Positions 49,995-59,081 of a DNA stretch of 64,000 nucleotides are shown here, piece after piece. The stretch covers positions 14,833 to 78,832 of the forward strand of contig CAUJGQ010000128.1 in the NCBI GenBank assembly GCA_963170165.1, in the 5' to 3' direction. The DNA is from Chloroflexota bacterium (GTDB lineage: Bacteria; Chloroflexota; Dehalococcoidia; CAUJGQ01). The notes under the pieces were generated by a model. It did not search any database, was not told the DNA's origin, and saw only the letters and a list, made by a program, of their open reading frames with translations. The translations under genes and the position numbers were made by a program. Each line of letters opens with the position of its first letter. Positions within the stretch are counted from its first letter, which is position 1.

Positions 49995-51243
49995 AACCGC
50001 CGCTCAAGTCCGCGCGGAAGTTCGGGTGGGCAATGGCCGTCAGCGCTGCCGCGCGCTGGCGTAGCGTCTTGGCGCGCAGATCGGCGACGCCGAATTCCGT
50101 CACGACGTAATCGACGCAGTGGCGCGGCGTGGTGACCGCCGTGCCCGCTGCTAGCGCGCGGACGATGCGCGAAGCCTTGCCTCCAGCTGCGCTGGCCGGC
50201 AGCGCCACGACCGACATGCCGCCGGCCGCGTACATCGCCGCCTCGGTGAAGTCGAACGACCCGCCGAGGCCGGACACCTGGCGACCGCTCAGCCACTCGG
50301 CGTTGACCTGGCCGGTCAAATCAACCTCCAGCGCCGAGTTGATCGAGACGAACCCGTCCTGGTGTTGGAGGTATTCCAGCCCGTGCGAGCGCAGGGCATT
50401 GACCATCAGCACGGTGGGATTGTCGTCGATGAAGTCGAACAGCTGCCGCGTCCCCAACGCCTCACCGGCCACATGCAAGTACGGGTCCAGCCGTTTACGT
50501 GCGCCGGTGACCACGCCGGATTCAATCAGCGGCACCATCCCATCGGACAGCATTCCGGAGTGAATGCCCAGGTCACGATGTCCGCTGAGCGCCTCCAAGA
50601 TAGCGTTTGGCACGCCGCCGATGCCGATCTGAATCGTGGCGCCGTCTGGCACGAGTGCGGCGACGTGCCGGGCGATGGCGCGTTCGGTGTCGCCGATGCG
50701 GGCCGGCGGCAGCTCCATCAACGGCGCGTCACTGGCGACGGCGATGTCGATATCGGAGATATGCAGTGTGCCTTCACCATGCGAGCGCGGGCAGTGCTGA
50801 TTGACAGCGGCGATCACCAGCGGGGCGGCACGGGCAACTGCCAGCGCCGTGCCCACAGACGGACCGAGTGAGACGAAGCCACGGGCGTCCGGAGGCGACA
50901 CTTGAATCAGCGCCGCATCCGCGGGCAGCGGGCCCGTGGGGAGAAACGTCCCGGGGGTGCGAGAGTAGCGCAGCGGCAGATAGTCCGCGCGCCCTGCCGT
51001 GATCAGTGGTTCAACCGGGGCGGACGACTGCACGGTGACGATGCGAATCGGGCCAGGGGGTGTCTCAAGCAACTTGATCGGCTGAAACAGCAGCCCGCAG
51101 ACCACCTCCAGCTGATCAAAGCGGTCGTGCGCATCCGCGAGCGCGTCACACAGCGTCAATGGCACGCCAGCGCCGGTGGGGATGAACACCCGGCCACGCC
51201 GAGGTAACGCCGCAACTGCCTCGTGGGCAGAGCGCCACTCCAT
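49993..51243 (-). CDS. Acetyl-CoA hydrolase/transferase family (4-hydroxybutyrate CoA-transferase-like), catalytic Glu substituted
   Basis: DAALIQVSPPD, GATIQIGIGGVP, DLGIHSGM, INSALEVDLTGQV, VTEFGVADL. Confidence 0.85.
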   Translation of the reverse strand: MEWRSAHEAVAALPRRGRVFIPTGAGVPLTLCDALADAHDRFDQLEVVCGLLFQPIKLLETPPGPIRIVTVQSSAPVEPLITAGRADYLPLRYSRTPGTFLPTGPLPADAALIQVSPPDARGFVSLGPSVGTALAVARAAPLVIAAVNQHCPRSHGEGTLHISDIDIAVASDAPLMELPPARIGDTERAIARHVAALVPDGATIQIGIGGVPNAILEALSGHRDLGIHSGMLSDGMVPLIESGVVTGARKRLDPYLHVAGEALGTRQLFDFIDDNPTVLMVNALRSHGLEYLQHQDGFVSINSALEVDLTGQVNAEWLSGRQVSGLGGSFDFTEAAMYAAGGMSVVALPASAAGGKASRIVRALAAGTAVTTPRHCVDYVVTEFGVADLRAKTLRQRAAALTAIAHPNFRADLSGG

Positions 51244-51276
51244 CAACCACCTCCGTGCCGGGAAACGGGCCGCCCG

Positions 51277-51555
51277 CTACCCGCGCCGTGGTCCCGGTTC
51301 GGCCGGCTCATCGATCACGACGAACCGGCTGTCCGTCATCTCCTCAATGGCGCCTTCCTGGACACTGCGGGGCATGCCGTTCTGCCAGGTGCGGTCGTTG
51401 ACGACAATGGCGCGCTCGACCACAATGCGCGAGCCGGTGACCTCGATCTGGCCGGCCATCCCGCCGAACGCGACATCGCCGCTCTGGCGGCGTATGGATT
51501 CACGGGCGTCGTCAAAGCCGGTCAGCCAGGTGCCAAGCAAAAGGATCTTCGCCAT
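51277..51555 (-). CDS. Small hypothetical protein
   Basis: GAGGAG RBS; in-operon position between two CoA-transferase genes; globular composition. Confidence 0.6.
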   Translation of the reverse strand: MAKILLLGTWLTGFDDARESIRRQSGDVAFGGMAGQIEVTGSRIVVERAIVVNDRTWQNGMPRSVQEGAIEEMTDSRFVVIDEPAEPGPRRG

Positions 51556-51588
51556 ATACAGCTCCTCTGTCATCTTCGCGGCGGTAGG

Positions 51589-52818
51589 CTAGATCGCTGC
51601 TCCGCGCCGCAGGGCATCGATTTCGCCGCCGTCGTACCCGAGTTCCTGCAAAATCTCGGTTGTATGCTGGCCGAGCGCCGGCGCTGCGTTGCGCAGTTGC
51701 CAGGGTGTTGCCGAGAGCTGCACCGGGTTGCCGATCATCGTCGTGGCGCCTATCTGGGGGTGGTCGTACTCCACCACCATGCCCCGAGCGATGGCTTGAG
51801 GATCGGCCAGCGCCTGCGCGACGTTATGGATTGGCCCGCACGGAATCCCGGCCTCGGTGAACACGGCCAGCCAGTGCCGGCTGTCTTTCGCCAGCAGGAG
51901 CCGCTCGATCTCCTCAGCCAGCTCGGCGGTGCGTTGCATGCGGTCCGGCTGAGTACGAAACCTCAAGTCATCCGCCAGCTCCGGCTGTCCAAGCGCCGCG
52001 CACAGCCTGGCGAACAGCGACTGGCTGCCCGCGCCGACGATGACATGGCCATCGCGGGTACGGAATGCCTGGTACGGTGCGCTCAAGGGGTGGGCCGACT
52101 CCATCGGCGCTGGGATCTCTCCGGAACCGAGGAACTTGGCCGCCTGCCATACCGACCAGGCAAGGCCGGTCTCAAACAGTGACGTGTCGACCTGCTGCCC
52201 CCGGCCGGTGCGGTTCCGGTAGGCGAGCGCCGCGAGGATGCCGTACGCGCAGAACATGCCGGCGCCGAGATCCGTCACCGGGTATCCGGCTTTGACCGGA
52301 ACACCGCCCGGCTCGCCGGTCACGCTCATCAGGCCGCTCATCCCCTGGGCGATGAGGTCAAATCCCCCGCGGGTGCGGTACGGCCCCGTCTGGCCGAAGC
52401 CGCTGATAGAGGCGTAGATCAAGGCCGGGTTGCGCCTGCTCAGCGCATCGTACCCGAGGCCGGCTGCATCCAGCACACCCGGCCGGTAGTTCTCGATCAG
52501 CACGTCAGACCGTTCGGCTAGCCTGGCGACGACTTCCGCCCCAGCAGCCGACTTCAGGTTGATGGTGATGCTGCGCTTGTTGCGATTGACCATGGTGAAG
52601 GGCAGCCCTGCGCCCTGGATCAGCGGGCCATGGCCGCGCTGGCTGTCGCCAGCGCCGGGACGCTCGACCTTGATGACGTCCGCACCCAGGTCAGCCAGCA
52701 GCATGGCGCAGTACGGACCGGCGAGATTCTCGGTGAGGTCGACGACCCGCAGCTCCGACAGCGCCGCTGGGGCGCCATCTGTGCGGTTCGGATCAGGTGT
52801 ACCGTGGAGGCTGGTCAT
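51589..52818 (-). CDS. CaiB/BaiF (family III) CoA-transferase
   Basis: AGPYCAMLLADLGADVIKVE, NRNKRS, DVLIENYRPG, SISGFGQTGP, catalytic Asp in PVTDLGAG. Confidence 0.93.
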   Translation of the reverse strand: MTSLHGTPDPNRTDGAPAALSELRVVDLTENLAGPYCAMLLADLGADVIKVERPGAGDSQRGHGPLIQGAGLPFTMVNRNKRSITINLKSAAGAEVVARLAERSDVLIENYRPGVLDAAGLGYDALSRRNPALIYASISGFGQTGPYRTRGGFDLIAQGMSGLMSVTGEPGGVPVKAGYPVTDLGAGMFCAYGILAALAYRNRTGRGQQVDTSLFETGLAWSVWQAAKFLGSGEIPAPMESAHPLSAPYQAFRTRDGHVIVGAGSQSLFARLCAALGQPELADDLRFRTQPDRMQRTAELAEEIERLLLAKDSRHWLAVFTEAGIPCGPIHNVAQALADPQAIARGMVVEYDHPQIGATTMIGNPVQLSATPWQLRNAAPALGQHTTEILQELGYDGGEIDALRRGAAI

Positions 52819-52892
52819 GGTCGCGCGTCCCGGCGGCCACGTGGCGGCCACCCCATTGTGGCCGTTGCTCGATGCAGCGGCAACGCCGGAGG

Positions 52893-54170
52893 CTACCGAA
52901 ATGGATTGGGCTGGTCGGTTACCTCCTGCCGGAGCAAGAGCAGGCGTCCGTCAGGGATGTCGCGATGCACCACTACACCCGGGCCGACGAAGCTGCCCGC
53001 GCCGATCTTGACGCCTGGGCTAAGCAGTACGCCGATGCCGGTGCGGCTGTCTGCTCCTACCACTGCGCCCAGCTTCTCCATACCGGTGCGCATCCGCTCC
53101 TCCGCGATCGTTGACCGGACCGGCGGCGCGTAAAACGGCCAGTTGCCGGTGACCGTGCCGAACCCCAGGCCCGTGTTCTGGTCGATCACTGAGTCCCCGA
53201 CGTAGTTGTGATGGAAGGTGCAACCGTCCCCAACGTAGCTGCGCGCGATCTCGCAGCCGAACCCCACCTCAACCCCCCGGCCAATCACGGAGCCGCGCAC
53301 GAGCGAGTTCGTGCCAATGACGCTGCCCGCGCCGATCCAGGCCGGCCCTACCACTCGCCCGCCCGGATAGATGCGCACCCCTTCCTCCAGGTACACGGGT
53401 CCGCTCACGCCTTCCGGCGGGTTTGCTGATGGAGTCAGCTCATGCAGCGCCATCTCCATCACGCCGAGCACCTGCCAGGGGTACTTCAGCGGCTGCCACG
53501 GGCCGTCGTACACCTCGACCTCGTAGCGGTGAGCAGCCAGCATGGCGGCGATCGCCCGCTCGTAGTGGTCATCGCTGGTCATGGGAGAGCGGTACTCGGC
53601 GCGGATGCGCTCAAGCAGATCCGGCACGGTGCGGTGCCAGTGGAGCACGAGGCTTACGAGGTCGCTGGGCTCGTTGCCGGCGCCAGGCTTTTCGACCAGG
53701 CCGGTGACGCGCTCTGCATCCAGCGTCAGGTAACCGCCAGGAAAGTAGGTTTCTGTGCGCTTGGCAGCGAGTAATCCACCTGCGTCCGTGCGCTGGCATC
53801 GCTCGACAAAGGCGGCGTATAGCGATGGCGCGACGACGTCATGGGACTGTGACACGATTACCGACCGCCGTTCCCAATCGTCGCGGGCAGCTGCCGCGGT
53901 GAGCAGCGCGTCGCCCATCCCCCGCGCCCTCTCCTGCACCACGACCTGAACAGAGGCCGGAATGCCCGCCACCGCCTTTCGCATCGCTTGCTCGGTGTCA
54001 GGGCCGGCGACAATCACGAATTCCCGGCAACCGGCTGCCACAAAGCCGGTGATGTGACGCTCGATTAGCGAGGTCCCGCACACCGGCAGCAGCGACTTCG
54101 CCCGTAGCGGCCAGAAGCGGCTGTTGCTGCCCCCTGCCAGAACCACCACCACCGGCGCCTCGAGTTCCAT
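52893..54170 (-). CDS. Bifunctional sugar-1-phosphate nucleotidyltransferase / left-handed beta-helix acetyltransferase (GlmU-like, archaeal ST0452 type)
   Basis: VLAGGSNSRFWP..K, EKP, hexapeptide repeats, EKLGAVVG..SRTGIG. Confidence 0.8.
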   Translation of the reverse strand: MELEAPVVVVLAGGSNSRFWPLRAKSLLPVCGTSLIERHITGFVAAGCREFVIVAGPDTEQAMRKAVAGIPASVQVVVQERARGMGDALLTAAAARDDWERRSVIVSQSHDVVAPSLYAAFVERCQRTDAGGLLAAKRTETYFPGGYLTLDAERVTGLVEKPGAGNEPSDLVSLVLHWHRTVPDLLERIRAEYRSPMTSDDHYERAIAAMLAAHRYEVEVYDGPWQPLKYPWQVLGVMEMALHELTPSANPPEGVSGPVYLEEGVRIYPGGRVVGPAWIGAGSVIGTNSLVRGSVIGRGVEVGFGCEIARSYVGDGCTFHHNYVGDSVIDQNTGLGFGTVTGNWPFYAPPVRSTIAEERMRTGMEKLGAVVGADSRTGIGVLLSPGVKIGAGSFVGPGVVVHRDIPDGRLLLLRQEVTDQPNPFR

Positions 54171-54348
54171 TATCGCTCCTCCACCGCCATGCCGGTCGCG
54201 AGCACAGCGGCCTGCCTCCAGTGTGCCACGGACCACGACCAAGCGACGCTGGGGTTGACGGGTCCGGGTCTGGGGCGCGATGGTGGCGACGTGCGGTGTG
54301 TCCGCAGCACCGCTGGCCGGCCCTCCCCCAGTGTCTGGCGGTACCGTC

Positions 54349-55338
54349 ATGGCGCGGCTGCGCCTGATCGCTCTGCTCGTAGTTGCTGCCCTGGGAGCGG
54401 CATGCGGTGCGTCGCCAGGTCCGCGGCTATTGATTGAGCCGGCGCCCTCGTCGACCGCCGCGAGCGCCTTCCGGAACAGTGCCGCTCCGCCTGCAAGTAC
54501 CGGCGCGGCCCGAAATCCGACGCCGCCGGTAGCGCGAACCACTGCCGTGACTAAGGCAGAGATCCATGAGGATACGGCGCTCCGTGCTGCGGTCGTGCGT
54601 GCCCTGGGGGCAGACGCGGACACTGCCGCGGTCGTCGTGCGCCGCCTTACGGACGGTCGCTGGGCGGCGGTCAACCCCGACCGCGTGCTCTACGCCGCCA
54701 GCCTGTACAAGTTGGCGGTGCTATACGAGGCGTTTCGGCAGCGAGATGCGGGCCTGCTGTCCTTCGACACAGTCCTGCCGGTGAGCGCCAAGTACATCGA
54801 TGAAGATCTCGGCACGTTTGCCCGCGTACCACGGGCCGGTAACGGCGGCGTGACGGCCGGTGATGCCGTTGCAGCAATGGTGACGCTCTCAGACAACACC
54901 AGCGCTACCTTGCTGCTCGACGTGCTCGGACACCGCGTCATTGACCGAACGATGGTGAGCCTCGGGCTGCGTGACAGCTCGGTCAATACCGTTGAGTTGC
55001 CGGTCTCCGCGCGCGATATGGCGCGGCTAATGGAGGCCATCGTCCGCGGAGAGGGATTGCGGCCGGCGGCAGCTCACGAGATGACTGCCCTACTGCTGGC
55101 ACAGGAGACGCGGGACGGCATCCCGCGCGGCATCCCCGCCGGTGTCGCCGTGGGGAACAAGACCGGCACCTGGCCGGGTGCAACCCATGATGTGGCGGTG
55201 GTGTTTGCGCCGTCCGGCGCCTTTGTGCTCACAGTGCTCACGCAGGCAAGTTGGGGCTGGGAACCGATCGCGCGCGTGGCAGCAGCGGTGTACGAGGAGC
55301 TGGAACGGTTGCCCGCGGGCGCGCGGCGGCAGCCGTGA
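54349..55338 (+). CDS. Serine hydrolase, class A beta-lactamase-like lipoprotein
   Basis: Lipobox LGAAC; SxxK (SLYK), SDN, KTG motifs. Confidence 0.88.
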   Translation: MARLRLIALLVVAALGAACGASPGPRLLIEPAPSSTAASAFRNSAAPPASTGAARNPTPPVARTTAVTKAEIHEDTALRAAVVRALGADADTAAVVVRRLTDGRWAAVNPDRVLYAASLYKLAVLYEAFRQRDAGLLSFDTVLPVSAKYIDEDLGTFARVPRAGNGGVTAGDAVAAMVTLSDNTSATLLLDVLGHRVIDRTMVSLGLRDSSVNTVELPVSARDMARLMEAIVRGEGLRPAAAHEMTALLLAQETRDGIPRGIPAGVAVGNKTGTWPGATHDVAVVFAPSGAFVLTVLTQASWGWEPIARVAAAVYEELERLPAGARRQP

Positions 55339-55355
55339 CGGTCGGGCTGAGGCGG

Positions 55356-55402
55356 AAATAAGAGGCGCCCGCGGCCGAAGAGGGAGGGAGGCCGCGGGCG
55401 CC
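55356..55402 (-). terminator. Strong terminator hairpin with C/U-rich loop
   Basis: Minus strand GGCGCCCGCGGCC-TCCCTCCCTCTTC-GGCCGCGGGCGCC followed by TCTTATTT. Confidence 0.75.
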
Positions 55403-55518
55403 GGGAGGGAGGAAGACCGGCGGCCGGCATCGGCCAGCCGCACATGTCCATTGCACCATAGTCACGACCGAATTACAAGACCGTTTACGGATTAACGTTA
55501 CCCGTATGCCCATGGTCT

Positions 55519-56178
55519 TTATACGCGCTGTTGGAGCGCCTCAAGAATAAACGGATTGGTCGCGCGCTCGTGGCCGATGCGGGTTTCGCGCATGTGGCCG
55601 GGGAGGACGATCGTGCCGTCGGGCAGCGGCAGCAACTCGTCGAGGATGCTGTTCATCATTTGCACGTGGTTGCCGCCGGGCAGGTCGGTGCGGCCGACAG
55701 ACCCGAGGAACAGGGTGTCACCGCTAAACAGTAGCCCGTCCGTGTAGAAGCAGACGCTGCCTTGGGTGTGGCCCGGCGTATGCAACACCTGGAGCCGCAC
55801 GCCCTCTACTTCGACGGTATCGCCGTGCGCAAGCGGGGCATCGGCCGCCGGTGGCGGCTCAACATCGACCCCGGTCCAGCGTCGGGCCGAGGCGGCCGCC
55901 TGAGCGGCCAGGGCGTCGTCGTGGGGATGGAGCAGGAAGCGTGCGCCTGTGGCCCGCTGGACGCCTGGGACCGCCAGGATGTGATCGACATGGGCGTGTG
56001 AGTTGACGATCAGCTTCGGTCGCACGCCCATATCGCTGGCCAGCTCCAGAATGCGCTCGGCCTCATCGCCCGGGTCGATGATGATTGCTTCGCCGGTGCG
56101 GCGTGAACCGATGATCCAGCAGTTCTCCTGGAAGATGCCGACGACTAACCCCTTGACCATCAGCTCAGTGACACTCAC
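55519..56178 (-). CDS. MBL-fold metallo-hydrolase (glyoxalase II/YcbL-like)
   Basis: IIIDPG, HAHVDH, HTPGHT, LFSGDTLF, GRTDLPGG, LPGH; GTG start. Confidence 0.92.
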   Translation of the reverse strand: MSVTELMVKGLVVGIFQENCWIIGSRRTGEAIIIDPGDEAERILELASDMGVRPKLIVNSHAHVDHILAVPGVQRATGARFLLHPHDDALAAQAAASARRWTGVDVEPPPAADAPLAHGDTVEVEGVRLQVLHTPGHTQGSVCFYTDGLLFSGDTLFLGSVGRTDLPGGNHVQMMNSILDELLPLPDGTIVLPGHMRETRIGHERATNPFILEALQQRV

Positions 56179-56420
56179 GTAGGCGCCTCGCAGATTGCGG
56201 CTGTTGCGCCCAGTGTACCTTGCCTGCCGCTGGCGTGATGACGGCAGCTCGGCTGTTCTGTCCGGCGCCATCGGTTGCGGGAATCCGTTCGCATAGACGA
56301 TATCGAGCGGACCGATAGATTCGTCTGTGCGCAATCCTCTTGCCGTCTTGGCCCGGCCGTCGCCCAATAGGAACACAGGGATCAGTGCCCCACCGCCGGG
56401 CGTGCAGCTAGGAGCAGGCG

Positions 56421-56876
56421 ATGCCGTGGATTGAACCGGGCGAGTTTGGCCGTGCCAGGGCGGCGCACGAAGATGACCGAGCCGAGCGCGAACGGATGAT
56501 GCTGGAGGAGCGGCTGGCGGCCGGATGGGCGCCCGCGATCGCCGTGGAGGCGCACCGGCTGCAGGACACCCTCGCCGATGCGGTCGCACGGACCGGCGGC
56601 CGTGGTGGCGCGGTCTGCAACGAGACAGCCATCGGCCTGGTGGGTGAGGCGCACGGCGCGACCTTCGCCGGTTGGTGGGCTGAGTCGCGCGGGCTGGATG
56701 ACCGCACGGCTGCGCTGGTGCGGGAGGCGGTGGTCGCCGCCTGCTCGATGACGATGCTAGAGGGCTACCTGCTCGGCGTGCGGTGCACCGAGGATGCCGG
56801 CGCCGCCCAGCCGTCGTCCCAGGCCGCCCGGATCCGGCCGGCCGCCCCAGCGCAGGTGTGGGCAGGCATCCGGTAA
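56421..56876 (+). CDS. Hypothetical helical protein
   Basis: AGGAG RBS; fills the gap between flanking genes and ends before a terminator hairpin. Confidence 0.6.
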   Translation: MPWIEPGEFGRARAAHEDDRAERERMMLEERLAAGWAPAIAVEAHRLQDTLADAVARTGGRGGAVCNETAIGLVGEAHGATFAGWWAESRGLDDRTAALVREAVVAACSMTMLEGYLLGVRCTEDAGAAQPSSQAARIRPAAPAQVWAGIR

Positions 56877-56905
56877 GCTGAGCGTCCCATTGGCCCCGCG
56901 TCAGA

Positions 56906-56934
56906 CGGGCCGCCCCACTGCTGGGGGCGGCCCG
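56906..56934. terminator. GC-rich hairpin between convergent genes
   Basis: CGGGCCGCCCC-ACTGCTG-GGGGCGGCCCG. Confidence 0.65.
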
Positions 56935-56963
56935 CTGCGTGACGTGAAGCCGGCCAGGCCGGG

Positions 56964-58712
56964 CTAGCTCTTGTCGATCCAGGCTTCGGCGAACGCTTCG
57001 GTCGGGAAGCCGTAGTTGCCGCTGTAGTACAGCTTCTTGATCCACGGCTGGATGAACAGATAGGCGTTGCCGACGGCGATCGGAACGTAGAACATGTTGT
57101 CGATCCAGTACTTCTGGATGTCGTGCACCTTCTTCAGGCGCGCGCTCTCGTCGATCGTCTTCTGTTCGTCGTCGATCATCTCCGTGAGCTTGGCGTCTTC
57201 CACACCGGCGTGGTTCCGCGTGCTCTTGGGATGATTCATGTTGAATAGGTAATCATGCGGGTCGGTGAATGGCGTCTGCAGGCCGTAGAAGACACCTTCA
57301 TAGGCGCCAAAGAAGGTGCCCTTGGCGTCGATATACTCGCGCAGGTAGTCCTGCACTACCAGCTGTGTGTTGAAGCCGGCTTCCTTCAGCATGGCCGCTG
57401 TGGCGTCGGCGCCGTTGTTGAAGGTGTCGCCGTAGGCGTTGTTGGTGTAGATGAAGCGCAGCGGCATGTTCTCCATGCCGGCAGCCTTGAGCAGATCGCG
57501 CGCTGCTTTGGGGTCGTATTTGAAGTTGGCGCCGCCCGGCCCGGCGTCGGAGGCCTGCGGGTTGAGCCACCACTTGCCCATCGAGGCGGGCACGGCGTTC
57601 AAGTAGTTGCTGCCCTGGCCGGCATACAGCAGGTCCAGCCATGCCTTGCGGTCGATGGCCATGGACAGCGCCCTGCGCACGCGCGGGTCCTTGAAGGGCG
57701 TGTTGCCGCGCAGCTGCGGTGACAGGAAGGTGTACGTCGTGGGAATGTAGGTGATGATCTGGGACTTGGGATTGGACTTCTCGACATCCGTCTTGTTCTG
57801 GGACGGGATGCCGGCGTAGTCAAGGCGTCCCGCCTGGAACTGGGCGATGGCCTGTGCCGTGTCCGGCACAATCGCCATCTTCACCTCATCAAAGTACGGC
57901 TTACCCTGGATGAACCAGTCGGGGTTCTTCTTGTAGGTGGTGGCGACGTCTGGCTCAACCTTGTCGAAGATCCAGGGGCCGGAGCCGATCTGTTCCTTGT
58001 CTGGGTTGAAACCGGAGTCCATCTCCTTGGGATGGATCCATAGGTACTGCGAGTTCGCCAGCAGGTTCAGCAGCGGTGCGTATGGCTGGCCGATCTTGAC
58101 GACGACGGTCTTCGCGTCCGGCGTCTCCAGCGACGTGATGATGTTGAGTGCGGCCTTATTGGTGTTCTTCGGCGCCGAGCGGAAGCGCTCCAGCGAGGCC
58201 TTCACGTCTTCCGAGGTGACGGCGCGGCCGTTAATCGGCGGCTTGTTGTGGAACTTGGCGTTCTGCAGCGTAAAGGTGTACTGCAAGCCGCCATCGAGCA
58301 CCTCATATTTTGCCGCGAGGTCCGGCTTGATCTCGTAACTTGCAGAGACGTTCGGGTCCGGGCCGATATTGAACTTCAGCAGGCGGCTGTAGGCGTGTGC
58401 CGCGAGCTGCTGGGCGCGATATGTGGGGTTGTTGGTTGGGTCGAGCGGCGCGTTACCCACTTCGCGCCAGGTGAAGGTGCCGCCGGGCTTCGGCGTTCCC
58501 TGGTCTTGCAGCCGGGTCTGTTGGGTGGGCTGTACCGGCGGGGCAGCGGCCGTTGCCGCAGCCTGCTGGTCGCCGTCTTTCTTGTCGTCACCGCCGCCGC
58601 AGGCAGCGAGCCACGCGGCGCTGAGCCCGGCCACACCGAGCGCGCCACCACGCAGCAACCGCCGCCGGCTGGTACGGCCTGCCGTCTGCCAGTAATTGTC
58701 TGATCCGGCCAC
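56964..58712 (-). CDS. ABC transporter family-5 solute-binding lipoprotein with Tat signal
   Basis: NYW..SRRRLL Tat motif, LAAC lipobox, SBP_bac_5 core (DLAAKYE, TSEDVKASLER, GSGPW, KDPRVRRALSMAIDR); no adjacent permease. Confidence 0.9.
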   Translation of the reverse strand: MAGSDNYWQTAGRTSRRRLLRGGALGVAGLSAAWLAACGGGDDKKDGDQQAAATAAAPPVQPTQQTRLQDQGTPKPGGTFTWREVGNAPLDPTNNPTYRAQQLAAHAYSRLLKFNIGPDPNVSASYEIKPDLAAKYEVLDGGLQYTFTLQNAKFHNKPPINGRAVTSEDVKASLERFRSAPKNTNKAALNIITSLETPDAKTVVVKIGQPYAPLLNLLANSQYLWIHPKEMDSGFNPDKEQIGSGPWIFDKVEPDVATTYKKNPDWFIQGKPYFDEVKMAIVPDTAQAIAQFQAGRLDYAGIPSQNKTDVEKSNPKSQIITYIPTTYTFLSPQLRGNTPFKDPRVRRALSMAIDRKAWLDLLYAGQGSNYLNAVPASMGKWWLNPQASDAGPGGANFKYDPKAARDLLKAAGMENMPLRFIYTNNAYGDTFNNGADATAAMLKEAGFNTQLVVQDYLREYIDAKGTFFGAYEGVFYGLQTPFTDPHDYLFNMNHPKSTRNHAGVEDAKLTEMIDDEQKTIDESARLKKVHDIQKYWIDNMFYVPIAVGNAYLFIQPWIKKLYYSGNYGFPTEAFAEAWIDKS

Positions 58713-59081
58713 GAGTTCTCCCTCCCTCATGATGCTTGCTGCCCGTCCCGCATCCCTCGTTTCGGTGGGCAGCATGAGGACGATTGCAGTATAGGCGAAT
58801 GCCGTAATGCCTGCGAATGGGTAGACGGCTACGCCCCAATTCTGCTTCGAATCAACCGGATGGTGGAGAGAGGCTCGGTGAAGCATTGCCTGTGCCTATC
58901 GGTTGCTGGCATTCGCATTGATGGATGTGTACGCTGAGGGCAGCGATGAGACGTGTAACGCGCGCGGGAGTTGACGTTATCCCGTATGGCTCACACGATC
59001 ATCGTGACGGAACGCACATGATGGCGCTGTACCGCTGGTGCGCGGACGGCGCCGCACCTTGTACACGAGGAGCGACCAACG

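Noticed and set aside
54349-55338. Antibiotic-resistance beta-lactamase call
   Set aside because: The SxxK/SDN/KTG motifs are shared with non-resistance serine hydrolases and carboxypeptidases, the omega-loop region looks shortened, and there is no mobile context.
52893-57045. ORF-track lengths of 593 aa (52893-54674) and 508 aa (55519-57045) suggesting fusions
   Set aside because: The extensions are low-complexity antisense read-through over plus-strand genes. The real starts are at 54170 and 56178.
58713-59081. Lower-GC intergenic region between the solute-binding protein gene and ccr, as a possible riboswitch or small ORF
   Set aside because: No recognisable aptamer or convincing ORF; consistent with divergent promoters.
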